A DNA stretch of 40,589 nucleotides from an uncultured Chloroflexota bacterium (GCA_903837815.1 CAILWD010000022.1:1-40589), one strand, 5' to 3'; shown: positions 9,678 to 19,574, counted from the first letter of the stretch. Notes: generated from the sequence alone by a model not told the origin. A program made the numbers and translations.

Positions 9678-9729
9678 ACTTTCCGCGCCAGCCAAAGGCT
9701 GGCATTTTTGTGCATGGAGATATTGACGC

Positions 9730-11076
9730 ATGATTCGCAACCTCACCAACCGTATCATTATCATTGTGTTGATCGTTATCTTTGCGCTGTGGATCGACTT
9801 CAGCCAGAAGATCAACGTCATCAACCCCTTGAACGACGGCACCCTTTTTACCCATGACCTCACCCCCCGCCTCGGATTAGACCTCCAGGGCGGCTTGCAG
9901 GTCCTCCTCGAAGCAGATGTCGCTGAAGGCACGCAAATCGACGCCGCCCAAATGGACATCGCGCGCGAGATCGTTCAACAGCGCACCGACGCCCTCGGTG
10001 TGAATGAAAACAACATCCAGGTCGCAGGCGAAACCCGCATCGTCGGCGAATTCCCCGGCCTTGAAGATACCGAGTCTGTGCTGGCAACCATCCAACAGAC
10101 AGGCTTGCTGGAATTTGTAGATACAGGAACCACCCCCTTCGAAGAGGGCGCGATCATCCAAACCGACTACAACGCCGCCGAAACCGCCGATGGACAAACG
10201 GTTTATCACACCATCATGACCGGGGCAGATTTGGAATCCGTCGCCGTTTCGCAAGACGCGACAGGGATAAAATATCTCATCAACTTTACCCTGACCTCCA
10301 ACGGCGCCGACATCTTTGCCGCGCACACCGCCGCCAACACCGGCAAATACCTGACCATCGTTTTGGACAAGCAGGTCATCTCCTCGCCGGTCATCAACGA
10401 AGCCATCCCCGGCGGACAAGGCTCCATCAGCGGCAACTTCACCTCTGAGTCTGCAAATGCCTTTGCCATCCAGTTGCGCTACGGCTCCCTGCCCATCCCA
10501 CTCAAGATCGTGGAAACCCGCATCATCGGCCCCACCCTCGGCGCAGATTCGCTCAACAAGAGTCTCATCGCAGGCTTGATCGGAATGTTGATCGTGGCGC
10601 TGTTCATGATGATCTACTATCGCCTGCCCGGTGTTGTGGCTGTCGTCTCGATTTTGGTCTACGCCTCGGTTGCCTTCGCCGTGTTCAAGTGGTTCCACTT
10701 CACCCTCACCCTGCCCGGCATCGCGGGCTTCCTGCTCAGCACAGGCGCAGCGCTCGATGCAAACATCCTCATCTTCGAACGTCTAAAAGAGGAACTCCGC
10801 AGCGGGAGGAACCTGGCCCAAGCCATCGATCAAGGCTGGACCCGCGCCTGGTCTTCCATCCGCGACTCAAACCTCTCAACCATCATCACCTCGGTCATCC
10901 TCTTCTGGTTCGGTTCCACCTTTGGCGCCACCATTGTCAAGGGCTTCTCGGTCACGCTGGCGCTGGGCGTGCTGATTTCGCTCTTCACCGCAATCTACGT
11001 CACCCGCACCCTGCTGGTGGTATCCCTCAAGTCGTTCAAGGTTGACGACAATCTCGAACGCTGGTTCGGTATCTAA
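9730..11076 (+). CDS. secD: Protein translocase subunit SecD
   Basis: [46 protein letters not shown] motifs. Confidence 0.97.
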   Translation: MIRNLTNRIIIIVLIVIFALWIDFSQKINVINPLNDGTLFTHDLTPRLGLDLQGGLQVLLEADVAEGTQIDAAQMDIAREIVQQRTDALGVNENNIQVAGETRIVGEFPGLEDTESVLATIQQTGLLEFVDTGTTPFEEGAIIQTDYNAAETADGQTVYHTIMTGADLESVAVSQDATGIKYLINFTLTSNGADIFAAHTAANTGKYLTIVLDKQVISSPVINEAIPGGQGSISGNFTSESANAFAIQLRYGSLPIPLKIVETRIIGPTLGADSLNKSLIAGLIGMLIVALFMMIYYRLPGVVAVVSILVYASVAFAVFKWFHFTLTLPGIAGFLLSTGAALDANILIFERLKEELRSGRNLAQAIDQGWTRAWSSIRDSNLSTIITSVILFWFGSTFGATIVKGFSVTLALGVLISLFTAIYVTRTLLVVSLKSFKVDDNLERWFGI

Positions 11077-11095
11077 ACGGATCAAGGATATTCTC

Positions 11096-12016
11096 ATGAT
11101 TGACATTCTCAGTAAACGCTATTTGTACTTTGCCGTCTCCCTGCTGGTCATTGTGCCGGGTCTGATTTTGCTGGCAACCGGCGGACTGCCGCTCTCGATT
11201 GACTTCACCGGCGGAAGCCTGCTCGAAATCCAATTCGAGGCTGGAAAAACTCCCGCCACAGCCGAACTCGTGAACCTGTACGAAGACGCCGGCATCGACG
11301 ACGCCCAAATCACCACCACCGAAACGGGCGCCCTCCAGATCCGCTCCTCCTTCCTGACCAACGAAGTCCGCGACACCATTCTAAATGCGATGAAGGAAAA
11401 GAGCGGCTCGGAAGTCACCGTAATCCGCTTCGACAGCGTTGGACCCAGCATCGGCAAGCAGGTCGCATCCCGCGCCGCGCTGGCCGTAGCAGTTGCCGCG
11501 CTGGCAGTGGTCATCTATATCACCGCCGCCTTCCGCAAAGTGCCGAATGCCTTCCGTTACGGCGTCTGCGCCATTATCGCGATGGCACATGATGTAGCGG
11601 TGGTCTTCAGCGTTGTCGGCATCGGCGCGATGTTCTTCGGCTGGCAGATCGACTCGCTCTTTCTGACCGCCCTGCTGACCGTCATCGGTTTTTCGGTGCA
11701 GGACAAAGTGGTGGTCTTCGACCGCATCCGCGAAAATTCAGGGCTGCTACGGAAACTGGAGTACGAAAAACTCGTCAACCACTCCATCGTCCAAACCTTG
11801 CAGCGCTCGATCAACACCCAGTTGATGACCGTGGAATTCCTCCTGCTGGCGCTGGCTTTGTTCGGCGGTATCACCCTGCAGGAATTTTCCGTCATCCTGC
11901 TGGTAGGCCTTTTCAGCGGGACCTACTCCTCAATCTTCGTCGCGGCTCCCATCCTCGTCTTGTGGGAAAAACGCGAATGGGCAACCTGGTTCAAGCGCAA
12001 AGAAACCAACGCATAA
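11096..12016 (+). CDS. secF: Protein translocase subunit SecF
   Basis: IDFTGG, VGPSIG, HDV, GFSVQDKVVVFDRIRE, RSINT, GTYSSIF; start reassigned to ATG 11096 after AAGGA. Confidence 0.97.
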   Translation: MIDILSKRYLYFAVSLLVIVPGLILLATGGLPLSIDFTGGSLLEIQFEAGKTPATAELVNLYEDAGIDDAQITTTETGALQIRSSFLTNEVRDTILNAMKEKSGSEVTVIRFDSVGPSIGKQVASRAALAVAVAALAVVIYITAAFRKVPNAFRYGVCAIIAMAHDVAVVFSVVGIGAMFFGWQIDSLFLTALLTVIGFSVQDKVVVFDRIRENSGLLRKLEYEKLVNHSIVQTLQRSINTQLMTVEFLLLALALFGGITLQEFSVILLVGLFSGTYSSIFVAAPILVLWEKREWATWFKRKETNA

Positions 12017-12028
12017 GAATCTGATTTC

Positions 12029-12059
12029 AAAAAGGGACATCGCAACGATGTCCCTTTTT
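12029..12059. terminator. Bidirectional intrinsic terminator
   Basis: AAAAAGGGACATCG-caa-CGATGTCCCTTTTT, perfect 14-bp inverted repeat between convergent genes. Confidence 0.85.
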
Positions 12060-12159
12060 GATTTGGGTGTGCGCCAAATGAGTTGAAAGATCGCCGGACA
12101 GACGGCGAACCTGGCGCATCGATCACAGACTGTGGAAAATTAGGCGTGGACAACAAAAT

Positions 12160-13440
12160 CTAGAACGCGAAACACAAAACCAAATCGTTGACATTCGTTC
12201 CGCTGGGGCCCGTGCGCACAAGGTCATCCAACGCATTGAAAAAGACATACGCGTTGTTTTGAGACAAATAGTCTGCGGCAGACATACCCAGGCTTTTCGC
12301 CCTTCGAGCAGACTCGCCCGTAACGACGGCTCCCGCCGCGTCGGTGGGACCATCCTCGCAATCGGTTGCAAGCGAGACCAGCGCCACATCCTTAAGACCA
12401 TCCAGCATTTCCACCCCGCCAATCGCAAGTTCCTGATTCCTTCCCCCTTTCCCCCTCCCTTTCAACGTGACCGTTGTCTCGCCGCCCGCCAGCAAACAAA
12501 ACGGGCGATTCGCTTTTTGAAGCGACTCGCGTAATTGCGAAGCCACTTCACGCCCGACAACACTGGCTTCGCCCTGCAAATCGGCGCGAAGGATTTTGGT
12601 TTCAAACCCTTCGGTTTGAGCCTGAGATTGAGCGGCGCGCAAAGCAAGCGAATTGCTGGCGATGATTTTGTTTTGCACCCGCTCGAAGATGGGAGCATCG
12701 GGCTTTGGCGTCTCGCGCAAAGAAGAAATCACAGCGGCGGGAATCGTATCTTTTAAATCGTATTTTTCGATGATGGATAGGGCGTCGGCATTCGTCGTCG
12801 GGTCGGGAGCGGTGGGGCCCGAAGCAATGGCTTCGATAGAGTCGCTGACCACGTCCGAAAGAATCAGGCTGACGATTTGAGCGCCGTTGGCAGCGCGCGC
12901 CAGTCCCCCGCCTTTGAGATGATCCAGGTGACGGCGCAGGGTGTTGATCTCATCGATTCGCGCACCGCAAGCCAGCAAAGCCGAAGTGAGCGCCTGCAAA
13001 TCTTCGAGCGGGATGCGCGGGGCGGTCATCAGCGCTGAGCCGCCGCCTGAGATAAGGCAGACCAGCAAATCGTCTGGGGTAAGTTGGGAGACAAGTTTCA
13101 ATGCTTCAGTTCCCGCATTCACGCTTCCCAAGCCCGGAACGGGATGATTCCCCTCAAGCACGGCAATCCGTCTCTGGGCTGCGCTCAGGGCGGGCGCATG
13201 TTTCGTCACTACAAGCCCCTCAACCAATTCCGCCGCGTCAGCCAAAGCAGAGGTCATCGCCCAAGCCGCCTTCCCCAGCCCAAAGGCAAAGAGACGTTTC
13301 GCATTCGGCAGGGGATTCTCATGCAAATACTTCCTGACCGCCGCGCCCGCGTCTACTGCATTCATGGCAGACGCAAGAATTCGTTTCGCGGCTGGGCGGG
13401 ATCGCAAGGAAAAGGCGTTGAACTGCTCGGGAGTAAACAT
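12160..13440 (-). CDS. Glycerate kinase type 2 (DUF4147/MOFRL)
   Basis: GLGKAA, HPVP, ISGGGSAL, LSDV, IASGPT, GGETTV, GGRNQE, TNVND motifs. Confidence 0.92.
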   Translation of the reverse strand: MFTPEQFNAFSLRSRPAAKRILASAMNAVDAGAAVRKYLHENPLPNAKRLFAFGLGKAAWAMTSALADAAELVEGLVVTKHAPALSAAQRRIAVLEGNHPVPGLGSVNAGTEALKLVSQLTPDDLLVCLISGGGSALMTAPRIPLEDLQALTSALLACGARIDEINTLRRHLDHLKGGGLARAANGAQIVSLILSDVVSDSIEAIASGPTAPDPTTNADALSIIEKYDLKDTIPAAVISSLRETPKPDAPIFERVQNKIIASNSLALRAAQSQAQTEGFETKILRADLQGEASVVGREVASQLRESLQKANRPFCLLAGGETTVTLKGRGKGGRNQELAIGGVEMLDGLKDVALVSLATDCEDGPTDAAGAVVTGESARRAKSLGMSAADYLSQNNAYVFFNALDDLVRTGPSGTNVNDLVLCFAF

Positions 13441-13505
13441 GCGCCAAGTATAAACCTGCGCTTACATTTCTGGATAAGAAAAAATTTCTTTTCCTTTTTT
13501 ATGAT

Positions 13506-14873
13506 TCAGCCAACGGACAAATTGACCAGGTCGTGGGCCCAGCGCCTCGACCTGTACCTCCACCCGCTGACAAAGACTTTTGCCAATTCCTCCAGCATGA
13601 CCATCAAGTAGACCAGATACACGGGAAGATGTAAAACGAACGCGCCGACGTACGCGGCAGGGACGCCAATCAGCCAGATGGAACAAATCTCCATCAGCAG
13701 GGCAAAGCGCGTATCGCCGCCCGCCCGCAGCGCGCCGATGAAGACGGTGAAGTTGAACATGCGAAGCCACAAAGTCGCCGCCATCACAGTCAGCAGCCAG
13801 CGGACATTGTTCACGCCGCCCGGCGAAAGTTCGTACAAGCCAACCACAATATCGCGCAAAAAGGTGACCAGCGCCCCGACACTCAGCGCAAAAAACACTC
13901 CAAGAATAATCGCCCGCCGCACAATCTCGTGCGCTTCCTCTCTTTGTCCAGCGCCAATGCGATTCCCCACCAGCACTGCGCAGGCATTTCCGAGCCCGAT
14001 GAAGACGACAAACCCAAGTTCTTCGATTGTCGCATTGACGTTGATCGCCGCAATGGCGTCTGTGCCGATATGGGCATAAATGGCGTTATAGGTGGTAATA
14101 CCCAGCGACCAGAACAATTCATTGGCCATTGCGGGCATGGCGGTTTTCAACACACGGATAAAGAAAGCCCTGTCGAAGCGGAAGAAAGTCAGCGGGTTGG
14201 CGGCAAGCGGAGTCCTTTGGGCGTAAACAAGAACGAGGAGCAGCGCCAGTTCCAGGGTCCAGCCGGCGGCGGTTCCGATTGCCGCGCCGCGCACGCCGAG
14301 AGCGGGAAGTCCGCCAATGCCAAAAATCAATCCGTATCCCAGAATGGTTTTGAAAACCAGCGCAGACACCGTGGCAATGACCGTAATCCGAATTAATTGA
14401 ATGCTGCGCATGACGGCAATATAAGCTGTAGCCACCGCAACAGGGATGTAGCTGAAACCAACGATGCGGAGATAACTGCTGCCGAGTTCGATCACCGCGG
14501 CATCCCTTGTGTAAAAGCCGAGCGCGGTTTCGGGCAACAGCACAGCAACAATCGAAAACAGGATCGCAACAGAAATGGAAACGATCAGGCTCATTCCCAG
14601 CACTTTGCGGATGGGTTCGATCTCATGTTTGCCCCAGTATTGAGCGGTGAAAATCGCCATACCGCTGGTTGTGCCAAAGAGGATCAGGATAAAGACAAAG
14701 AAAACCTGATTCGAGAGTCCGAGCGCGGCAATGGCGGTCTCACCCAACTGCCCCACCATGATGACGTCGATCATGTTGAGCGAAGCCGTGATGAGTTGTT
14801 GAAAGGAAATGGGAATTGCGATAACCAGCAATTCGCGCAAAAAAGCGCGGTCACGAAGGAAGGAAAGGTTCAT
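13506..14873 (-). CDS. MATE-family efflux transporter
   Basis: IAIPI...DVIMVGQLG, AQYWG, LGVRGAAIGT, LRAGGDT; about 12 TM segments. Confidence 0.92.
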   Translation of the reverse strand: MNLSFLRDRAFLRELLVIAIPISFQQLITASLNMIDVIMVGQLGETAIAALGLSNQVFFVFILILFGTTSGMAIFTAQYWGKHEIEPIRKVLGMSLIVSISVAILFSIVAVLLPETALGFYTRDAAVIELGSSYLRIVGFSYIPVAVATAYIAVMRSIQLIRITVIATVSALVFKTILGYGLIFGIGGLPALGVRGAAIGTAAGWTLELALLLVLVYAQRTPLAANPLTFFRFDRAFFIRVLKTAMPAMANELFWSLGITTYNAIYAHIGTDAIAAINVNATIEELGFVVFIGLGNACAVLVGNRIGAGQREEAHEIVRRAIILGVFFALSVGALVTFLRDIVVGLYELSPGGVNNVRWLLTVMAATLWLRMFNFTVFIGALRAGGDTRFALLMEICSIWLIGVPAAYVGAFVLHLPVYLVYLMVMLEELAKVFVSGWRYRSRRWAHDLVNLSVG

Positions 14874-14933
14874 AGGCGGGATATTGTATCAAATGCCGCT
14901 CCCCCGCATCAATTCATGTATACTCGGAAAACC

Positions 14934-15470
14934 ATGTCGAAAATCCAAAGAATTTCCCTCTACCTCCTCATCCTGATTGCAGGCGCGGCGTGGATCATTG
15001 CCAACGCCGAGACGTCCAACGCAATCAACGCAACTGCCGCGCCGCAGGTCGGTTTTGCCGCGCCCGATTTCACCCTGAAAACAACCGACGGCGAAGAGTA
15101 TGTCCTCTCCAAACTCAAAGGCAGCGCGGTACTAATCAACCTGTGGGCAACCTGGTGCCCGCCCTGTCGCGCCGAAATGCCCGCCATCGAAAAAATGTAC
15201 CAGGAATACAAAGACCAGGGTTTGATCGTCCTTGCCGTCGATATGACTTATCAGGACAACCCCGCAGACGTTGTCCCATTCATTCAGGAATACGGGCTGA
15301 CCTTCCCCGTCCTGCTCGACGAAACGGGCGCAGTCGGCGGGATGTATCAACTGCGTTCCCTGCCTTCTTCGTATTTCATCGATCGCTTCGGAATTATTCA
15401 GGAAGTCGTCATCGGCGGACCGATGTCCGAAGCGCTGCTCCGCACCCGCATCGAACAAATTCTCAAATAA
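14934..15470 (+). CDS. Membrane-anchored TlpA/ResA-like thiol-disulfide oxidoreductase
   Basis: N-terminal hydrophobic helix, APDFTL, WATWCPPCRAEMP, LPSSYFID; start trimmed from ORF 14397. Confidence 0.9.
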   Translation: MSKIQRISLYLLILIAGAAWIIANAETSNAINATAAPQVGFAAPDFTLKTTDGEEYVLSKLKGSAVLINLWATWCPPCRAEMPAIEKMYQEYKDQGLIVLAVDMTYQDNPADVVPFIQEYGLTFPVLLDETGAVGGMYQLRSLPSSYFIDRFGIIQEVVIGGPMSEALLRTRIEQILK

Positions 15471-15471
15471 C

Positions 15472-16200
15472 ATGCTTACACTTTTCCGAAATCTCTTCTC
15501 CCCACCCCGCCACATGATTCTGCTCCTGCTTGCCGCATGGGTCGGGTTAACCCTCGCCGAAAAACGCACCGAACGTCACGGCGTCAGCAAGGATGACCTC
15601 AACAACATCACCTACTACGGTTTGCTCGCCTTCGTCATCGGCGGGCGGCTCTCCTTCGTCCTGCAAAACATCCCCGCCTTCATCAAAAGCCCGCTTGGCA
15701 TCATCTCGGTCAACCCCGATATTTTCGACCCGCTCGGCGGGATTGCAGTCGCCGTCATCACAGCCGTGATCTACGGTCAGCGGCGCGAGCTAAAGCTTTG
15801 GAATTCACTCGACGCGCTCACCCCATTCTTTGCGATTCTCTCCATCGGCATTGGGCTAAGTCACCTCGCGGCTGGAACTGCGTTTGGAAGGGAAACGGAT
15901 GTCGCCTGGGGAATCGATTTGTGGAATGCGACTCGTCACCCAACCCAAATCTACGAGACGGTCGCTTCGCTGCTCATCTTCGGGTGGGTCTGGCTCCAGA
16001 AACAGAATCCGCTTTCGGGGATTCATTTCCTCACCTACGCCGCGCTCACAGCCGCATCCCAAGTTTTCATCCACGCCTTTCGCGGCGACAGCACATTGAT
16101 CCTCAACGGCTTGCGGCAGGGACAAGTCATTGCGTGGATTTCGCTGGCGGTTATCTTCGCTTTCTTCGAATACCGATTGAAGGAAAACCATGAAGGATAA
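15472..16200 (+). CDS. Lgt (prolipoprotein diacylglyceryl transferase)-family protein, degenerate
   Basis: GGRL, LDAL.P, FG...WG, RHPTQIYE and FRGD retained; several catalytic motifs altered (see findings). Confidence 0.72.
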   Translation: MLTLFRNLFSPPRHMILLLLAAWVGLTLAEKRTERHGVSKDDLNNITYYGLLAFVIGGRLSFVLQNIPAFIKSPLGIISVNPDIFDPLGGIAVAVITAVIYGQRRELKLWNSLDALTPFFAILSIGIGLSHLAAGTAFGRETDVAWGIDLWNATRHPTQIYETVASLLIFGWVWLQKQNPLSGIHFLTYAALTAASQVFIHAFRGDSTLILNGLRQGQVIAWISLAVIFAFFEYRLKENHEG

Positions 16201-16555
16201 AGTCATCATCACCAACCTGCGCGCGCGCGGCATCCTTGGCATCCACGACTGGGAGCGGGTCACGCCGCGCGAGATCGTCATCAACGCCACCATGTTCACC
16301 GACACCTGGCCCGCCGCGCAAAGTGACGACATCGTGGACTGTGTCAACTACAGCGAGATGGCAAAGAAACTCCGCGCCCACGCGGAAAGCGCGGCGCGGA
16401 TGACGGTCGAAGCGCTGGCAAACGACCTGGCTGAAATCTGTTTGCAAGAGCCGAAGGTTGTCAGAGTCATCCTGCGGGTGGACAAGCCCGGGGCAGTTCC
16501 AGAAGCCGACTCCGTTGCAGTGGAAGTCGAACGAACGAAGAACGTCGAAGGCTAA
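16190..16555 (+). CDS. folB: Dihydroneopterin aldolase
   Basis: [28 protein letters not shown]. Confidence 0.93.
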   Translation: MKDKVIITNLRARGILGIHDWERVTPREIVINATMFTDTWPAAQSDDIVDCVNYSEMAKKLRAHAESAARMTVEALANDLAEICLQEPKVVRVILRVDKPGAVPEADSVAVEVERTKNVEG

Positions 16556-17172
16556 ATATGCAAGGGTCCCGCGCCGCGCGAAATGTTCGCCAGAAACTCC
16601 TCGCGTGAAGCAAGGTTGGCGCGAAAGGCGCCGTGCATCGCCGAAGTGGTCATGCGGGCGTCGTGCTTTTTCACGCCGCGCATCATCGAACACAGATGCA
16701 TGGCTTCCACCACAACCGCCACGCCCTGAGGCTGGAGCAGGTCGCGCAGGAAATCCGCAATCTGGCGCGTCATGCGTTCCTGCACCTGCAAACGGCGGGC
16801 GTACATATCCACGATGCGGGGAATCTTGGAAAGCCCCAGCACCTTGCCGTTGGGGATGTATGCCACATGCGCCCGCCCGATGAACGGCAGCATGTGATGT
16901 TCGCACATGCTGTAAAACTCGATGTCGCGCACAATCACCATTTCATCGTACTTCACCTCGAACAGCGCGTCGTTGACAATGGCTGTGGGGTCCATCGTAT
17001 ACCCTCCGAGCAATTCATGGTACATACGCGCTACACGGCGCGGCGTGAACTGCAACCCTTCCCGCCGAGGATCCTCCCCGACGGCGCTCAAGATTTGCGC
17101 CACGGCCTGCTCGATCACAGGGTCATCGATACCATCGTTCTTTTCCTTGCCATTTTCATCGTCGAATTCCAT
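16552..17172 (-). CDS. folE: GTP cyclohydrolase I
   Basis: [42 protein letters not shown]. Confidence 0.97.
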   Translation of the reverse strand: MEFDDENGKEKNDGIDDPVIEQAVAQILSAVGEDPRREGLQFTPRRVARMYHELLGGYTMDPTAIVNDALFEVKYDEMVIVRDIEFYSMCEHHMLPFIGRAHVAYIPNGKVLGLSKIPRIVDMYARRLQVQERMTRQIADFLRDLLQPQGVAVVVEAMHLCSMMRGVKKHDARMTTSAMHGAFRANLASREEFLANISRGAGPLHI

Positions 17173-17183
17173 TATCTCTCCAG

Positions 17184-17221
17184 AAACAAAAACTGCCCGG
17201 CAGCAAAGCCGCCGGGCAGTT
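17184..17221 (-). terminator. Intrinsic terminator between hpf and folE
   Basis: Minus strand AACTGCCCGGCGGC-ttt-GCTGCCGGGCAGTT followed by TTTGTTT. Confidence 0.75.
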
Positions 17222-17234
17222 CGAATTTAACCGT

Positions 17235-17798
17235 TTATCCGAGTTCTGGCTCGATCAAGCCATAACTTCCGTTGCGGCGGCGGTACAACACGTTGATCTT
17301 GCTGGTCTCCGCATTATAAAAGATAAAGAAGTTATCGTGGCCGAGATTCCGCATCTGGGTGACGGCTTCCTCCTCGTTCATCGGATACAGCACAAACTTC
17401 TTCTTGCGCGCCACCAGCGGGGAAAGCTCGCCCGTCTCGTCGTCAATAATCGGTTCGATCACATCAGCGGCGGAGCGCCCATCGCCGCGCCCATGCTGGT
17501 GCTTGCCCTTGTATCGCTCGATCTGGCGCTGCATGTTATCGATTGCAAGGTCAAACGCCGCCAAGACTTCATCGGCGCGCTCTTCGGTGCGCAGTATAAA
17601 GCCTTTTCCAAAAACTGTAAGTTGAACCACATTGCGGTCTGTGGCGCTGCGCGCGGCTTTGTAGTGAGCCAGTTCCACACGCGCCTCTTCGATGGCAGGC
17701 AGGTAACGATCAAGATTGCCGGCCTTCTTGTTGACGTATTCTTCGATCTTTTCGGTCAAACGGATATTGCGTGTCTGGGCTTCCACTTTGTTGGACAT
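17235..17798 (-). CDS. hpf: Ribosome hibernation promoting factor, long form (RaiA/S30AE with C-terminal domain)
   Basis: RNIRLTEKIEEYV, AFDLAIDNMQRQIERYK, PMNEEEAVTQM..LGHDNFFIF, YRRRNGSYGLIEP; SD AGGAGG before ATG 17798. Confidence 0.95.
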   Translation of the reverse strand: MSNKVEAQTRNIRLTEKIEEYVNKKAGNLDRYLPAIEEARVELAHYKAARSATDRNVVQLTVFGKGFILRTEERADEVLAAFDLAIDNMQRQIERYKGKHQHGRGDGRSAADVIEPIIDDETGELSPLVARKKKFVLYPMNEEEAVTQMRNLGHDNFFIFYNAETSKINVLYRRRNGSYGLIEPELG

Positions 17799-17839
17799 AC
17801 GTCCTCCTTTTGGGGATGAAAAAATATGGACACAAACGC

Positions 17840-18568
17840 TCACGCATGTTTCAAACCATGATGAGGCAATGCGCGGGCGACCGTCAACGCGTAAACTTTT
17901 TTTGCGCCCGAGGCATACAAAGCCTCCGCGCCGGATGACAGGGTGGAGCCTGTCGTCGAAACATCATCCAACACCAGGATATTCCTTCCCTTCACTTCCG
18001 CCCCAGCCTGGAACGCCCCGCGGACATTCTGCCGACGCTCCGGCTTCGACAACCCCACCTGCGAGCGCGTTTCCTTGCTACGCGCCAGGGTGTTCGGCGC
18101 AAACTGGACATTTAAAGCCATTGCAAGCGGTTTTGCGATCATACCAACCTGATTATATCCTCTTTCCTTCAACCGTTGCCGTCCCAGGGGAATCGGGATG
18201 ATCATGTCCATATCCCAATTCAACTCTCTGACATAATGAGCCATGTGAGCCGCCAGGGCGTCGCCCAAGGCAACATCGCGGCGATACTTCAACCCGTGCA
18301 AAGCTTTCCGTACAGGGTCTTCAAAAACCGCCCAGGCGCGCAAGGCATGGAAACGCGGCCTGTCGGCTTTGCAAACGCCACAAACCCCGCTTACATCCTG
18401 CGGAAGGCCGCACACATCGCACACGGTCCCATTCAATATCTGCACTCGCGTTTGGCATTCCACGCACCAGCGTGAACCAGTGCTTCCACAACCGCCGCAG
18501 ACGGGGGGGAATAATACGTCAAGCGCGCTCCAAAGCGAACGATACAAAGTGTATGAAAGATTGTCCAA
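17840..18568 (-). CDS. comF: ComF/ComFC family (double zinc ribbon + phosphoribosyltransferase-like)
   Basis: Four CxxC pairs, LKY, PIPL, RGYNQ, LDDVSTTGST; TTG start. Confidence 0.93.
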   Translation of the reverse strand: MDNLSYTLYRSLWSALDVLFPPVCGGCGSTGSRWCVECQTRVQILNGTVCDVCGLPQDVSGVCGVCKADRPRFHALRAWAVFEDPVRKALHGLKYRRDVALGDALAAHMAHYVRELNWDMDMIIPIPLGRQRLKERGYNQVGMIAKPLAMALNVQFAPNTLARSKETRSQVGLSKPERRQNVRGAFQAGAEVKGRNILVLDDVSTTGSTLSSGAEALYASGAKKVYALTVARALPHHGLKHA

Positions 18569-18616
18569 TTCCGCTCTCCCAAAAAGCGGTTGCTTTTCTT
18601 TCGTGTTTTTCGAGAC

Positions 18617-19573
18617 CTACCCGCCCAGGAAAGGGCCAAAAGCGCCGGCAATTTGGAATGCGGCAGGCGCCATCAGAATAATCATGATGGAGGGGAAGGT
18701 TAGTATGGCCATCGGGATGATCATCTTCACAGGGGCTTTATGCGCCAGTTCCTCTGCAAATTGACGCCGCTTCATGCGCATCTGATCGGATTGAATTCGA
18801 AGGACTTTCGCCAGGCTGACGCCCAAAATCTGGCTTTGAATGACTGCCGCGACAAAGCTTGTTAGCTCAGGCAATCCAATACGATCTGCCATGTCGCGCA
18901 AAGCCTCGCGCTGAGTCTTTCCCAATTGCACTTCGCGGATGGTACGTCCAAACATAAGTGACAATTCGTTTTCCCATTTTTCGGCGACTTTCGCCATTGC
19001 GGCATCGAAGCCAAGTCCTGCCTCCACGCAGATGGTCAACAGATCGAGGGCGTCGGGTAACGCCTTGCGAACCTCGGTCTGACGTCTATTAATTCGGCTT
19101 TGCAGCCACAATTGCGGGAAGAAAAAGCCAATGACGGTGAAAAGACCCACCACAACAACAATTCTGCCTACAGGCCATGTTCTTGCTGAGAGGGCGACCA
19201 ACAGCAAACCACCGCCGAAAAGGGCTGCTCCCACAAAACGGGTTGCCAGAAACGTAGCCGCGTCGATTCGTCCCGGATTCCCAGCCAGTTCAAGTTTGAG
19301 AGTGGTTTCCTGCAAAAGTTTTTGCGGCGTAAAGCGCGCCGACATTTCGCCAACTTTTTCGATCATCGGCAAAACAACGCGCTCCACGAAAGGTTGCTGT
19401 AGCTCAGCCTCTTCAAGGGAAACAGACTCGCCGCGTTGGGTCGCCTCTGCCAAGCGGGCTAAAATGGGGTCCACGTCGCTATCCTGTTTCATGCGGGAGT
19501 AGCGCAAACCCACCACCACCAGGGCAACCGCTCCGGCTACGATTAATATGATAACAAGGATCGGTATGACCAT
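18617..19573 (-). CDS. tadC: Tad pilus assembly platform protein TadC (T2SSF family)
   Basis: LPDALDLLTICVEAGLGFDAA, GVSLAKVLRIQSDQMR, AEE.AHKAPVKM. Confidence 0.92.
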   Translation of the reverse strand: MVIPILVIILIVAGAVALVVVGLRYSRMKQDSDVDPILARLAEATQRGESVSLEEAELQQPFVERVVLPMIEKVGEMSARFTPQKLLQETTLKLELAGNPGRIDAATFLATRFVGAALFGGGLLLVALSARTWPVGRIVVVVGLFTVIGFFFPQLWLQSRINRRQTEVRKALPDALDLLTICVEAGLGFDAAMAKVAEKWENELSLMFGRTIREVQLGKTQREALRDMADRIGLPELTSFVAAVIQSQILGVSLAKVLRIQSDQMRMKRRQFAEELAHKAPVKMIIPMAILTFPSIMIILMAPAAFQIAGAFGPFLGG

Positions 19574-19574
19574 G

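Noticed and set aside
7492-10698. Long minus-strand ORFs 7492-8352, 8483-9331 and 9877-10698
   Set aside because: Antisense to well-supported genes; typical of GC-biased codon usage.
12340-12375. ATDCEDG instead of the usual TDG.DG in glycerate kinase, as a sign of inactivation
   Set aside because: One substitution with all other motifs intact is not enough to call loss of function.
14397-14933. N-terminal extension of the 357-aa TlpA ORF
   Set aside because: Overlaps the MATE gene on the other strand; the signal anchor begins at ATG 14934.
17799-17843. Extended hpf start overlapping the comF stop
   Set aside because: A perfect AGGAGG precedes ATG 17798 and the HPF fold begins there.
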